From NCBI RefSeq assembly GCF_001194135.2, contig NC_068983.1, forward strand, positions 141,228,495 through 141,292,494: a stretch of 64,000 nt of DNA, read 5' to 3'. The notes beneath the pieces are model-generated. The model worked only from the letters and a program-made list of their open reading frames with translations. It was not told the origin of the DNA and did no database searches. The stretch's first letter is position 1, and the number at the start of each line of letters is the position of its first letter. This document shows, one piece after another, positions 37,805-52,205 of this stretch. This DNA comes from Octopus bimaculoides (lineage: Eukaryota). A program made the position numbers and the translations under genes.

Positions 37805-39139
37805 TGTACCTAGTCTACGTATATCATTTCCAAATAAAATCATGTTCCCTCTTAAGATCCAGCATTCACACACCATTAATTGGTATTTGCTACCTCTTTG
37901 GGGGTTAAGGAAATCAGCTGATTCATTGTACATTGTGGTTTGCGTGCATAATCAATCCAATAATTGTTCGATGAATCAACCATTTTTGAAATGCTCAGAG
38001 CCTTTAAAGTATTTGTTGAATTTTGGGGAAAATATGCACTATCAGAATTAGTGAATATGCACTATCAGAATTAGTGAAAGAGGGAGGCTGAAGGTAGTCA
38101 TATAAGATTATTTATTATTCTATGGCGGGTTAATAATTTTGGGAGGTAATGTTGTTATTAGATACTAACAAAGTTAGGTTTCTGCGAAATCGAAGAATGC
38201 AGTCTGCTTAATGTTTACATTAATTCGTTCCTTAAAAAAGAGAATCATCTAAGTTTGTAAGGGTAATTGAGTGTGAATCAATGTTCATTCAAAGACAGAA
38301 TGTAATCATGTTGCCTTTCTAGATTATTTGAGAACTTCAACTTAACCGTTAAATAAAAATTTCATTAATAAAATATATTCAAATAAAACTGCAACATTTA
38401 AATAATACTTCATTAAATAAAATAAATTATAAAAAGAATAAACTTTAGGTGCCTTAATTATAGACTGTCAATTGTAAAGCATGAATTTCGAAATAGTTAG
38501 AAAAGGTGTGTTTATAAAATTAATCAGTGTGTAGATCACAAGTAAAGAAGACGAATCATTAAAATGTGATCTAAGTCCAGCTTAGTTGTGAAAGGGTTTC
38601 TTATAATATTAAATCGTGGATAGCTTCATAACAAGTGTAATCATTGGAAACGTAACTAAGATATTGAATTTATCTATTTGTACATGAGGTACTAATCCTT
38701 TAAGCAGCGAATTAAAAATTCCTTACGCTTAAGTGTGGATTATATTTGAATAGTTCCAACGCCTCTACACGTATAAATTGCACTGTGAACTGCTATCATT
38801 ATATGGAGGTGCGTTATCCATAGCAGACTGCGCGATAGTATAGTTAACACTGTTTTGCTTGTTCTATATGAATTTTCTCAGCGAGGTAATGTGTTCCTTC
38901 ATATTAGAAGGAAGTAATGTAATTATGGGATGTGTGTGTATATGGAAACATATATATATGCATATATATATATATACATACATACATACATACGTACATA
39001 CATACATATTTGTTTGTGTATTTTTATGTGAGTGTATGCATGCATTGTGTATAGATATGTGTGGATATATATAAGTACAAATTTGAAACGTTGAAATCAT
39101 CGTATCAATACAGCATTAGGTATGATGCAACGTAATAAT

Positions 39140-39222
39140 AGTTCAGGCGTTTTACACTCTGATTTCAAATACGGGTGAGGTCAATTTTGTCTCTCATCCT
39201 TTCAGGTTAGATAAAGTACCAA
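39140..39222 (+). mobile_element. SINE family A fragment
   Basis: ctctgatttcaaatacgggtgaggtcaattttgtctctcatcctttcagg...gataaagtacca aligns with the family A core. Confidence 0.6.
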
Positions 39223-39318
39223 TCTATTATAGCGTTAGACTATTCATTTTTTTTTCTCTCATTATCTCCCCTCCTCTCGTTCTGTCCTTTTGTCCCTCTC
39301 AACTCTCTCTCTCTCTCC

Positions 39319-39365
<47 letters not shown>

Positions 39366-41149
39366 CCTCTCTCTCCTCCTCTCTCTCTCTCTCTCTATCC
39401 CTTTCTATCTATCTCTCTCTCTCCCAACATTAAGCCGTGAAAAGTATCCTGAGGAATCCTTTGCACAAAAATGATGTAGATTTCAACGAACCATTAGCGA
39501 TGTCTTCCTCGAAAAAGTAATGAATGAGATGTAAATGATATCGCTCCTAGTGGGCGTGATGTTCTACGTCACTTTATCAATCAGAATAGTGAATAGAGAA
39601 AATTGCATATATATAACGTGCTTTATAGATGATTTTGTTTCAATGCCACATATATATTCTATACATACAATATTGACTAAAGTCTCACAGATTATTCTGT
39701 TAGTCGGTATAGCATTGAAGCAAAACATTGTTAGAGTATTGATAATGTAGAAAGTGTGAATAATTGTTAGCCAGATGAACAATTGAGATATTTTGCTGAA
39801 GTTAGTGAAACATAATTACAATATTATGCAGGTATTGTAAACTTTTCATCGTTAATCAAATAAATTATTTGACTTTATAAACTCATGACCTCTCAAATCT
39901 TCAATTATAATTACTGTAATCAATTCACATGAATATTCAACGTTATTGGGTGTTGACACACAGAACATTAGTGGAGACCACTGATAGCCATACTGAATAA
40001 ATTTTAGTGTATAAGCTTCTTTCTCTGAGTTTTAAATCTACTCAGACTCGATTTTGCCTGTTCCCGGTAAAAATTTAGTTTATTTTATACTGTAGAGTAG
40101 TCCATGTATTCGAAATACCCACTGCCAGCAAAAAGTAATCTTTTACCAAAGAATAAAGATATTATTCTTTTTTAACGGAAAATGTCTAAAAAAAGAATTT
40201 ATAAAATTTTAATTTATCTGTAATAAGTTACACATTTTTACAAATCACTCCGAATTTTGTTATTGAAATAAGTATAAGTAAAGGGAAGCAATCCAATGCT
40301 AACCACCGTGTCTTTTTTAATTCAAGACCTCAAGAGTTAGTTTGACTGTCAGCGATTTTAATTGAAATGTCAAGAGGCTTTGGTTTATCATTTCCTGCTA
40401 ACATTAAAAATTCTCAGTAATACAGTATGTAGCAAACACCCACAACCGTCCCTGAAAATCTTTAACTTACTAAAATTATTTCATCATTCTAGATCTTTTG
40501 TGTGCGAAAACAATTGACTTAGTTAAGTCAGTGGGCATACATATGCCATCTTCGTTCATCATGTTTCAAAATACATTGCGTAAAATGCTGGAAGATACCG
40601 ATACCATTAAAGTTATAGATTCTGACATCGATAACATGTGTATTTAGCTGCTATTCAGATTTGAAAATACATGTGATTGAATTGAAAGAGTACCAATATT
40701 TATGAATGCCATGATTCAAAATACTTGATCCAATTCTCCCCCTTCCTCCTCCCCCCCCCCACACACACAGACGTCACCTCACCCTGACACATATACCGTG
40801 GAACTCAATCTGCAGTCTAAAATTTCTACATCTATAAACACATGGTAATTTACCTCGCAGGATCTTGTGGGAAAGGTAATTAGCAAGTTATAAAATGTGG
40901 TAATAAGTAGAAATATCTACTTTTTCGTGACGTAACAGGGATAATCATAAAACAATAGTTTTCGCCTTCTGCACAAGATGCGAATACTTTTAAGAGCCCG
41001 CAGCTGAGTGAAAGAAATGGCTAAGTCAGGGCTTGATTTGAGCTAAGAGCAAAAACTATAACTAAGTACTGTTAAGTACTTATTCTTTCATGGAATAAAT
41101 CTAATCTACTGCTAATCTACCAATAATCTTTTTTTTTTCTTTTTGGTAG

Positions 41150-41240
41150 GGATACTAGTCGATTAAATCAACCCCAATGTTTTGCTGGTACTTATTTTAT
41201 CGATCCCGAAAGGATGAAAGGCAAAGTGGACCACGATAAA
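41150..41240 (-). mobile_element. SINE family A fragment
   Basis: gtcgattaaatcaacccc...ctggtacttattttatcgatcccgaaaggatgaaaggcaaagtggacc is the reverse complement of the family A core. Confidence 0.8.
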
Positions 41241-42878
41241 TCTACCAGTAATAATTTCACACAATATGACCCGTAGATACGACTACTGGCAGTGTGTATG
41301 ATAGAAGGGATTTTCTTGCATATTTGTTAATTTCGAAAGAGATGAGACAATACTGTTGAATTTAGATTTAATGGAATATAGTAGAGTTTTTTTTTTCAAC
41401 GCTTATTGATGTAATCATTAAAAGCCATGTATATTCTAATGTAAAGCAAAAAATTTTAATCAGTTGTAAGGATTTAGTATGATCTGAATATATATTCATG
41501 CGAAAACAGATATCTGAAATATATAGGTATGCAAAAACTAAATAGCTTCTTAGAACTGTGTCTCTCGAAAGGATTCTCCAGGATCATGCTTTCTCAGACC
41601 AATTGCATACTACTGATTAGTTTCCTCTTGTGGTATGGGGAACAGTAAAAGCATTCTGCAAAAGCATTTTTTGAAGTTAATAAAGTAAAAAATTGTAATA
41701 AAGTTGTATCGAAATTGACGAAATGCATCAACTTTTAAAAGCATAAAGGAATAATATTTGTGATATCCAAGGTCATTTCAATGACATTAGTAAATTAATA
41801 AAAACAAAAAGAATGGTCATATTCAATTTCTAGATTAGTAAGTTCTCCTCAATGCTATAACAGAATCTAAAATATTTATAACTGTTTTCATAAATGTGAT
41901 TTCATATGTATATATATAATTCAATAATAGGATAAAATCTTTTATAAGAATTTTATCAAGTAGTTAACGTGAAAAAACTCTTAAGGGGAAAAAAATCCAT
42001 CATTTATTCCACTAGAATATATTTATTTATATTTATATAAGGGCATTACTATAGAAGAATGCCTCACGCTAAAACTACTATAATAAACACATTTTTACCG
42101 AACGCGAGGAAATATAACTCTCAAAAACTTTTGTTTATTTTTGTATATTTTGACCATACTATAATGATGATCGAAAGTTACATATTGTTGTAATAATCGT
42201 GAAATCGTTCAATATATAGTTAAGTCTGTTTTTGAGAAGCCAGTTTTTGAGAGTTGCATTTCCTCGCGTTCGGTATAAATGTGTTTATTATGGTAGTTTT
42301 AGCGTGAGGCATTCTTCTATAGTAATGCCCTTATATATATANNNNNNNNNNNNNNNNNNNNNNNNNNNNNNNNNNNNNNNNNNNNNNNNNNNNNNNNNNN
42401 NNNNNNNNNNNNNNNNNNNNNNNNNNNNNNNNNNNNNNNNNNNNNNNNNNNNNNNNNNNNNNNNNNNNNNNNNNNNNNNNNNNNNNNNNNNNNNNNNNNN
42501 NNNNNNNNNNNNNNNNNNNNNNNNNNNNNNNNNNNNNNNNNNNNNNNNNNNNNNNNNNNNNNNNNNNNNNNNNNNNNNNNNNNNNNNNNNNNNNNNNNNN
42601 NNNNNNNNNNNNNNNNNNNNNNNNNNNNNNNNNNNNNNNNNNNNNNNNNNNNNNNNNNNNNNNNNNNNNNNNNNNNNNNNNNNNNNNNNNNNNNNNNNNN
42701 NNNNNNNNNNNNNNNNNNNNNNNNNNNNNNNNNNNNNNNNNNNNNNNNNNNNNNNNNNNNNNNNNNNNNNNNNNNNNNNNNNNNNNNNNNNNNNNNNNNN
42801 NNNNNNNNNNNNNNNNNNNNNNNNNNNNNNNNNNNNNNNNNNNNNNNNNNNNNNNNNNNNNNNNNNNNNNNNNNNNNN

Positions 42879-42950
<72 letters not shown>

Positions 42951-43044
42951 GTGTTTGTGTGTGCGTGTATACATGTACATACATACGAACGTACATACAT
43001 ACATATACACACGCGCTTGCATACATATATACATACATACATAT

Positions 43045-43075
<31 letters not shown>

Positions 43076-44244
43076 CATACATACATACGATGTTCTTTCA
43101 GTTTTCAGGATAAGATATCGCATTTAGTTTGGCGCCATGGCCATCACCAGAAAAATTTAGGTTCTACTTGATAACCTGATTTCATTCGTATATGTAAAAT
43201 ATTTCTCCCGTCTGCTGGAAATTGATGGATTAAGCAAGAGAATTGCAAATGCTCACCTAATAAAAGATAGATAGGATATACAGGAATGGAATTGGCTCGG
43301 CATTTCAATCTTTCCTTTGCAAGAATTGTTTACGCAAAACGGTGCCGAATTGTTATGCCATTGTATGGATGGCTATTATAGATACAATACACCTTCGAAC
43401 GTCAACAGCTAAATTGCCATTTACCCCACAGAAGGTTCTATAACAAAAGAAGGCGCCATGTTGTTCAACATGGTGTAGATTTAATAGCATCATATACAAA
43501 GCCATTTGTGCTAAAATACATTTAAAACATTGCAGAAACGTTCAATGGCGTCATAATTTCTTTCAGTAAGAATAGGAGTTTTATCTTCGCATTTATCACA
43601 TGAGCATTCGGTAATTAGATCATGTTTCGCTGTCTTCGCTATAGCCGTGTATTCATTGTGGCGTTGATCTTTTACATTTTTATTCTTATTTCATGTATTT
43701 TTTTAAAATTATTTTCCTTTTTCTAATTTAGTTTAGTTCATATGTACGGATATAAAATATGCAAATATGTTTCTGTTGCTGTACGTACATATCCGCAAAG
43801 AGAAGCATAATGAATGAATGGATAAATATAACATAGCGTCTACGACACAGTAGGTATTGTTGCCATTCAGCCTTTCAACTATTTTTCTACCCATTACATC
43901 CGTATTGAAGCTATTGAGGCTTAAGTTACATTTCCGTATTGCTATTCAAATACAAAGTAGCTTTTCTGAATTTCTATACTGCATATTCTAATGCACGTTT
44001 ATACGCATATAAATAAGGAAAAAACTCGTAGCACACACACACTAATAACGCATCGCTCCCCGATATAAAGTTATATACATATATAATGTATATTTGCGTG
44101 TGTGTTTGTATGCTTGTGGAAATATATGCAAATTCATACGTTTATATATCTAAATGTTTGTGTGAGTGAATATGTGTATGTATACACATGTATACACACA
44201 CACATATAAATATATATATGTGTGTGTGTATATATATAAATATA

Positions 44245-44333
<89 letters not shown>

Positions 44334-45134
44334 TCGTAGACACATCAAAGTCATCAACCTACACATACGTAAAGACCCAACACATGTAATGACTATTATA
44401 AAGTTGCTATTGCTTGCTGTACTTTAGAATTCGACAAAGATTAGTTGAAGAGGGAGAAGTTTAAAAGTTTACAGTATCTATATACATGGTAGGATAGAGC
44501 AGGAATGGTAGGATAGAGTAAGAATTGCAGACGTGAGCAAATGGAAGGGGGAAATTTGCGCTTAATAGCGATTGAATACTGTATGTGTAGAGAGTGGGGG
44601 AGAAAGGGCTGGAAAAGATTATCTGCGTCGAATTTCTGGATAGTACTGCTTGTATTTTGGATATGGATAAAATAATAAAAATGCATTCTTAAGTGAAGGC
44701 GACTTGAAACCGACTTGAAATCCCTGTATAATGGATGTCTGTAGGTTTTAGAAGATAATGGGCACCGTTTCGATGCTTTGCCACGCACCCGTCCCCATAC
44801 TGATGTGAGGCCACACCTAATAAATAAATGAAAATTACTATTTGTTAGATCAATGACTAATAATTATACCGAAACCCCTCACTAATCATTTGGTCAGAAT
44901 TATTGAACCATTTGATTACGAAAAATTGTAAGATTTGATTTCAATTTAATGTTTAATATAAGATGAGTTAATGAATAAGAGGTTAAATTAATCATAATCT
45001 TATATATTTAAATCATGAATAAGTAAATGTAAATAAATATGAGGGAAGGAACACTCTTGAGTAAAGTGAACTCTGATTTTCCTCATTCTTAGGTCGATAT
45101 AATAATGTACAAGTTGGGTTGGTAGTATTGGATA

Positions 45135-45878
45135 ATTCTTTCCTGATTTCTATTGTCTCTAAACTTCGTCCATATGCTGCCAGTTCCATCTTCTACTTCG
45201 CCATACTTTTTCCAAGCAATTGCTCAACATTCGATGCAATACCAAATAGGTTCATACATTCCATAACCCAATAATGTGGGATCATATCGTACGCCTTACG
45301 ATAATCGATCCATGACATGGCTAAGTTACTTTTTCTCCTCTTGCATTCTCTAAGTACAGTTTTGTCTACCAGAAGTTGATACTTGATAGGCCTGCACTTA
45401 CGCATGCAACCCTTCTCCTCATGTAGGAGGACTCCATTTTTTTCTGCGAATATTCCAGTCCATAATTTCCTCATAAGCGGCAAGCAGGATATCAGCCTGT
45501 AACTGTCTACCTTATTACCTTCTCGATGTTTTTCAAGCACAGCACTGTCCCCAACCATTGTCAACCACTCTGGTGTTACTCGGTCGGCATTTAACAAGGT
45601 GTTCAGCTGTGCAGCTATTCGTGCATGACATTCACTAAATCTTTTGATCCAGTAGCTTTGAACTCCATCTGGTCCCAGGGCCTTTCAGTTGCCCATTTTA
45701 TGCTGATTTTCTTGACTTCCCTAACTGAAATGACTAGTTCTGCCTGTTTTGGACAGACTGTTGTTTGTTTCAGTTCTTGCAACCATTCAGCATCTTCCTT
45801 GCGCTCCTTGTCTTTGCTCCAGATGTCACTCCAAAATCTTTGACTTTCAATGTATCAACTTTTCCTCTGTATAGTCTC
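45135..45878 (-). mobile_element. R4/Dong-clade LINE RT N-terminal half, degenerate
   Basis: TPEWLT...YRLISCLPLMRKLWTGIFAE...EEKGC...YQLLVDKTVLRECKRRKSNLAMSWIDYRKAYDMIPHYW matches RLE-clade RT motifs 0-3 (W(I)DY.KAYD.VPH.W). Confidence 0.88.
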
Positions 45879-45880
<2 letters not shown>

Positions 45881-45911
<31 letters not shown>

Positions 45912-46440
45912 CATTATTATTAAGTCAGAGCAACGCATACTATCAAAGTGACAATGGGATGCAAATATACGAAGCCCAATATACCCATCGTGACTACCCT
46001 TCCGATGAGGATACACGAGGTACATGCATCACAGCCATATGTGCGAGACATTGTGACCTCATATCCAGAAAAACAGCGCATGGCTTTGCAAGAGTGATTC
46101 AGTTAGAATTTACTCGAAGTCGAGTAACTCTTCCAATGCAAAATGCCCCCGAAGAAGCGTTGTTTAACGATGGTGAACTAAACGCCCATGTTTCTAGAGG
46201 TGAATTATTCAAACCCCAAACATGGCTATGATGCACCCCTGCTACTCCTCCCCGTGATCAGAGATGCTCATATAATCAGACACTAAGGAACATGCTCAAC
46301 TGGTGAAGGTCAAGCAACTGACAAGCAAATATGTGGTAGTTAACAGAATATTTGTTGTAGCCCATCTTTCACACCAAGCTAAAACATGTACATGTACATG
46401 TTAACACTTCCAATTAGTTAAGACGGAAACCATGGAAGCT
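45881..46440 (-). repeat. Interspersed repeat ending in (AAT)n tail, probably an R4/Dong-type LINE 3' UTR
   Basis: (ATT)n at 45881-45921 abuts a 520-bp non-coding, GC-richer segment. The family assignment is from recognition and adjacency only. Confidence 0.4.
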
Positions 46441-46468
46441 ACTCTCTGATATTGCATGAGGGGCATAC

Positions 46469-46532
<64 letters not shown>

Positions 46533-46555
46533 ACAGCAGCAGCAGCAGTAGCAGC
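46469..46555. repeat. (GTA)n followed by (GCA)n trinucleotide repeats
   Basis: Direct inspection. Confidence 0.97.
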
Positions 46556-46571
46556 AGAGCACAGAGTCGAT

Positions 46572-46730
46572 CTAGCAGAATCGTTTGCGCCTCACTTATA
46601 CATTTTTTTCTGGCTATTCACATTTTCAGTCGAAATCCGCTGAAGTCAACTTTGCCTTTCATATTTTCGTGGTCGATAAAATAAAGTATCTGTCAAAGAC
46701 TCGGGTTAATGTGATCGCTTATATCCTTCC
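46572..46730 (+). mobile_element. SINE family A (diverged)
   Basis: ctagcagaatcgttt...gaaatccgctgaagtcaactttgcctttcatattttcgtggtcgataaaataaagta. Confidence 0.75.
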
Positions 46731-49101
46731 CCATTTAAATGTTGACCTTGTGCAAAAATTAGAAAGAATTGTTATTAGGCACATTATAATTGTTACTGCT
46801 GTTTATTGCCAAAACTTGACCGGTTTCAGAAGCTCCGTGAGTTTTGTATTTTGTTTTCCATTTTAGAATTCTGTTATTGTTGCTAGCATTTTTCTATCCT
46901 ATTTCTTAGTTGACCAGAACCGTAAAAGACAGATCAACCGTTTTTGTTATTCGCCCTACGGAGCAGAAATTTAAAAGAGATAATTTGCATGGAAACATGA
47001 CAATATAACTTCAAAATCGTATCATTTTCTTCGATGATCCAAAGAGGAAGGAAAATGGGAAGAGATTTTGAAGGTAAAATCGTCTTCTGCAGTTAACTCC
47101 TCCCACCTTCTACAATCTTAATAATGGCAGCAGCAATACCAATAGTAAGGGCAACAGTAAGAACAACAGGAACAACGACGAGAGTAGCAGTATCAAAGGA
47201 CATTGATATGTCAAGCAAAGAAGCCTGAAAAATAACCAGCAGAAGTAAACCGTGCATTGCCAGCACCAGCACTACTACCACCACTCTAATAAGAAGCAAT
47301 AATAGCATCGATAACGCTGGTTCTAACATTAGCAATAGCATTAAAAATCCCCTAAAAAATGCTTCTTTTACCAAAATCACAAATGTGTTTGATATTCTCC
47401 CACTAGAGAATCAGTATAAACATTTAAAAGAGATAGAGAAATATATAAACTCACTGGAACAGAGAAAAGTTTCCTCTTAGACGAAAAAAAAACAAAAAAT
47501 TTTATATAGATGTTTATTAACGAAAGTACATAAGTTAGAGCGTATAAAATCGGAATAAGCTGAATTCTGTTTAAAGAATATATGATGACATCTAGTTTGC
47601 TGGCCATGCCCACAAATTCGGGAATATCATATTTATTTTTCACTCAGAATACCCTCTAAAGTTCTGTAACTATGCATGATACGCATTCATTCTAGACTCT
47701 AAGCGCCAAACCTGCAGTGATTCCATGAGCTATCTCGAAAGCACCCCTTCCCTACTGAAGATATACCATTCCTATCCCTATCAATAACAGTAAAATAATA
47801 CTTTTCACATCAAGAAAACCATATCCTGACTCACCTCCTTTAAATAGAAGCAGCATTTAACTACTACATTTTCCATAATCATAGTTTGATATGCTAGGAA
47901 TTATCCGGCAGCCATATTATATGTCGTCAACAATATTAGCATCCGACTGTCCAGCATGGCTTACTATAAATGTTCTTTCAACGTTATTGCAAATTGTTTT
48001 CATAAAACCTTATTACGAATTAATGGTTTTAAAGAAAATATTTATTATACCAAAGAGTGCCAACATTACAAATAAGTGCATGAATTACAAATGTAAATTA
48101 TTATGCTACAATGCCCTTCTTCATTTAGGTATAGGCTAATATAGCTAAAAGCATTTTCATGACAATAGGAACTTTTCTCAAAACATGCGCACGTGTAAAT
48201 CTTCAATAGAACATATATTAACGCCAACTAATTCAGTACTAAGAACTTCACGAGAAAGATATTTTAACGTAAACAGTAAAAATATTACCTCAACAATTTT
48301 TAACATTGGAAAACATATCTGCATCTATTGAAGAAAATATCCTTTAATTGGAAATTACATATATAGTTCCATTATAGATTCCGAGAGGTTGCTCACAGTG
48401 ACTCAACTGCCAAAATGTTTAAAGGTCTAACGGCGAGAATCGTTCAGCTAACATATAATTAGCTTAAATATCCCTTTAATTCTCCATTCACAAAAGTGGA
48501 TGCGTTTTCAAGTGTAACTGGAATGTTCAATTCGAAGCATGCCATTTTTCTTTATATAAAATGAAAGAAACTTGAGTCTGCAATAGTCTGCAACCAACAG
48601 TGAAATATTAGTCAGTTTCGCTCAGCTGAGAAAAACCAATGCTATTTCACAAGGCAAAACATTAGTCGTAAATCAAAATTAGTTTCGTTTTCTTGTAAAA
48701 GCCACATTTCACTCAAAAGAAAAACAAGAATGTAATTCCTCACTTTCTTCTTTTCCAGTATTGATGCTGAGAAGACAAATTCTTCTTAGTCTTAATGTTT
48801 AAATATAATTTACTTGTCGATACAGATAATATAATAATTTCGGATATATCCATCTTCGTTGACTTTTGTTTATCTGTCATCATACACCAATTATTCTGTT
48901 CATTTGACTAAATGGTGAGATCAATGAAGAATTTTCAAACAATTCTATGAAAATCAAATTGCATAATGTTTGTGCTTAAAATCGTTTGATGAACCGAAAA
49001 GGAGGACTCTGATTAATGACTGTAGAATTCTAATTTTATATTTATATACATATGTAAGATATATTCATAAATGAATGTAAGTATTCATGTACTACATAAA
49101 T

Positions 49102-49380
49102 TGAAAGGTTCATAGGCTGACTATACAGTTGTGATACTAGAGACGTGAAATTTTGCATGCATTAATTTCAACCCTTCTTATTAATAACTACATTGTCTCT
49201 TCTCAGGTGAACTAACATCTGACTTTTTAAAAAAGGACTTCAAAAGTAAGTAGTAGCAACTTCTTTCGAAAATCGAAATTTGGAATCGTGGTGATATCAA
49301 GCGCCTGCATAAAAGGGTTTGGCTCCCAAGGTCATTCATGGTAACATGCTTGATACATTAGGGGATAACACTCCCGAAAC
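49102..49380 (+). mobile_element. Mariner transposon 5' end with transposase N-terminal HTH remnant
   Basis: Translation (one frameshift) IWNRGDIKRLHK/KGLAPKVIHGNMLDTLGDNTP matches the mariner N-terminal pattern R.VIKYL..KG..P..IH..M...LG..AP. Confidence 0.72.
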
Positions 49381-51269
49381 AAATTATGATCTGCGGCTTG
49401 ACGGCATTACTAACGATTAGCAAGTGAATTCATATATTTGAAGGCATAACAGTCAAAACCAGTCATGGACAATCTGCTTAGAACAAAAAATAATATTGAA
49501 TTTATTTTAATAATATGACCTATCATGAATCATGAATCATTTTTATAATATGACCAAACATGAATCATGTTCCATGCAGCCTGCTTTTCGAAACAGTTCG
49601 CCTATGCTAAGTCTAGGTAATGCGGCCAAAATTCTTTAAGAATGTTACTTGCAGAAGTATGATACCAGTTAAGCTGATTGAAGTTTAACTGACATTTCTT
49701 TGGCATAATAATTTGCTATTACTTCCTTCATATTCCTTCTGTGTTTGAAGCTTATATAATTTTGTTCTCTTCATACCTACTACTCCACCTCCTTGGATAC
49801 TTGTACCTCATACTACCTTTCTGTATATTTTCTCTTTTCCTTTTTCTGATTTTTATTTATTTTTATGGTTTTTCTGTGCGTAAGTGCAAATTGTAAGCGA
49901 TATAGTTACAGTATTTCTTAACTGGTTTTGTAACAATTTTGAAAACCACATCAAAATTGCCTCATTAAAGAACAAAATAAAGGATAAGAAATTATCAGAA
50001 AAAAAATAACACCCTGTGCCATCTTTAAAATATTATGTCTCTGTGATATAAAAATATGTTTACTGTAATTAAGAGATCAATACTTGGTGTTTAATTATTA
50101 AAGTCATGTCAAAGTTGATTCAGTAGAAATTTATTGCGCAAAAAGTGGACAAATTTGTATAAGAGTAACGACTAATATCGTATTTAAAATCATTATACCT
50201 CTAATTTATAACAGAAATTGTTCAAGTTCAAATAAGAGATCTTAGTGAGAGTAATCAAATTCTAAAACCCTCGTCAAATTTGGTTTAGTAGAAAATGATT
50301 TGAAGATGGTGTTGAAATTCCAGGAATTTGATTGTTCTTTTTCCCAAGTATTGAAGACAAATCTAGAGATTATCAATACCAAGAATGAAATCCTGTTGGG
50401 AAGAGTTGAAAAGATCAGTAAAAGAGGAGCAATCGGGTAAGAAAATTACCGCCCATAGAAGAAGAATAAAAAAAATTATAAGGACTGAATACATTAAAGC
50501 TAAAATTTAGTTGCTGCAAAATGAAAGTTTTGGCTAGATTGAGTAATGGCGAAGGAAGATACAAGTTTCTAATTAATTATAACTGGATTACAATTAATAT
50601 TATGATTAAAGTAATAGTTTAGCTATTGAAGTTTTAGTTGTAGTCTATTTGAAATATTTAAGTATTAATGGTTTTTATACCATTGCACAATTTGTTAGAT
50701 ATAAGATGTCTACGGATAATTGTTTAATTGTCGAGTGTAGCGATTTAAACTGAATTAAAGATCACGCAAAATGAAGTGTGAAATAATTAATTGTATCACT
50801 AAGAAACAAGAATATTAATGGATGTATAACATCTTATTTTAAAAGCTAGTCAAAGTGTATGAATGATGTGCGTTTATGTAGGTATTTATCTATGTGTGAA
50901 TAAATAGATATATGTGCGTAGGTGTGTAAGCATGTATGTATCGTTGTAAGTCATTTTTTTATATTTATTTTAAGGTATTTTTTCCTTTGTAGCATTCAAT
51001 CCGATCATTAACAAGAGTGGCAAATCTCTTTTAAGTCAACAAAACTCTTGGAGTCTGTGGTTGCCTGGATTGGTTGCGGTATATATATCTGTGTGCGTGT
51101 TTTGAGTATTCGCACACATACACATTGTAGATAAGCCAGTATTCGTGGTCTCACAATAAAACAAATGTTTATGCTTCGTTACTCTTTTTTGTTTGTGCGA
51201 ACCTATGTATTCAGTATGTATTCGCGATTGTGTACATATGTTCATCCAGGTACTCAAATGGAGAATCTC

Positions 51270-51920
51270 TGAAATGTTTTACAAATTTTCACCGATCATC
51301 TGAAGGGTTGTATTTGGAGAATGTGAATCAGTCCACTCTGTTCTTTGAAGACCCTAAACATTTTTAGGGTTGTTTATCTTTTCAGATCTATTGTTCTGTA
51401 GCCCAGTGCATCCTTGAAATGACAAAATGAAAATTTATTGCCTGGATCTAAGATCTGTAGATTTTTCATCAGTCCTCCAAATATGTTCTTTTCTCCAATT
51501 TTTTTGACGAGACGTTCACGTCCGCTGGGTAACCGATCTCTACAACGATACCCAACGTTTGCTTCTTGTCCTATATAACTATATCTGATGTTCTTCATAC
51601 AATGGATTGCTATTTTTATTGAAATGTTCAAACAGCAATCTTTATGTATGTATGTATGTATGTATGTATGTATGTATGTATGTATGTACGTACGTATGTA
51701 TGCATGCATGTATAACTCAATGTTGTTGATAAATTTTCATACATAGGATTATGAACTTGATACCAGCATTGTTTAAGCAATGTTGATACAGTACCTTCTC
51801 TTAATACATTGTATAAATGGTGTAGTTCACTATGACAGTATGATGTACAGGGCTTCAGCATTTTGAGGTAATCCCAATGGCCAATGCCTGAGAAAACATT
51901 TTTCGTGAGAGATATACTGC
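51270..51920 (-). mobile_element. Possible L2/Crack-like LINE C-terminal remnant interrupted by (TATG)n
   Basis: Weak resemblance of KEHIWRTDEKSTDLRS...QGCTGLQNNRSEK to the H..W....D...G.Y.LQ.NR motif of such LINE C-termini; many stops. Confidence 0.35.
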
Positions 51921-52205
51921 TGCATTGCTTCACTTCTTATAATATTTTGTTTTTATAGAGAGGCTACAGTGTGCAGCAGTTACTGAAAAATGTATTCAAA
52001 ACAGTTTTCAAAGAGCGAATAAACACAGAAAAGAGACGAATAATGACACCATGAGCTTGAGACTAGAAAGTTACAGAAATTCTTGAGCACATTCTACGGT
52101 CCATGATCGACTTTATTGTTGATGCTTGTGCTTTAGTTTATGTTACAGTCCGCAGTTACAACGGACGTTTGATAGTATTTGATGCTACGAGATGAGTAAG
52201 TCAAA

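Noticed and set aside
43530-43695. Minus frame KCKDQRHNEY...ECSCDKCEDKTP, suggestive of a metal-binding motif
   Set aside because: Only about 55 codons bounded by stops, with no start or splice support and no recognisable motif spacing.
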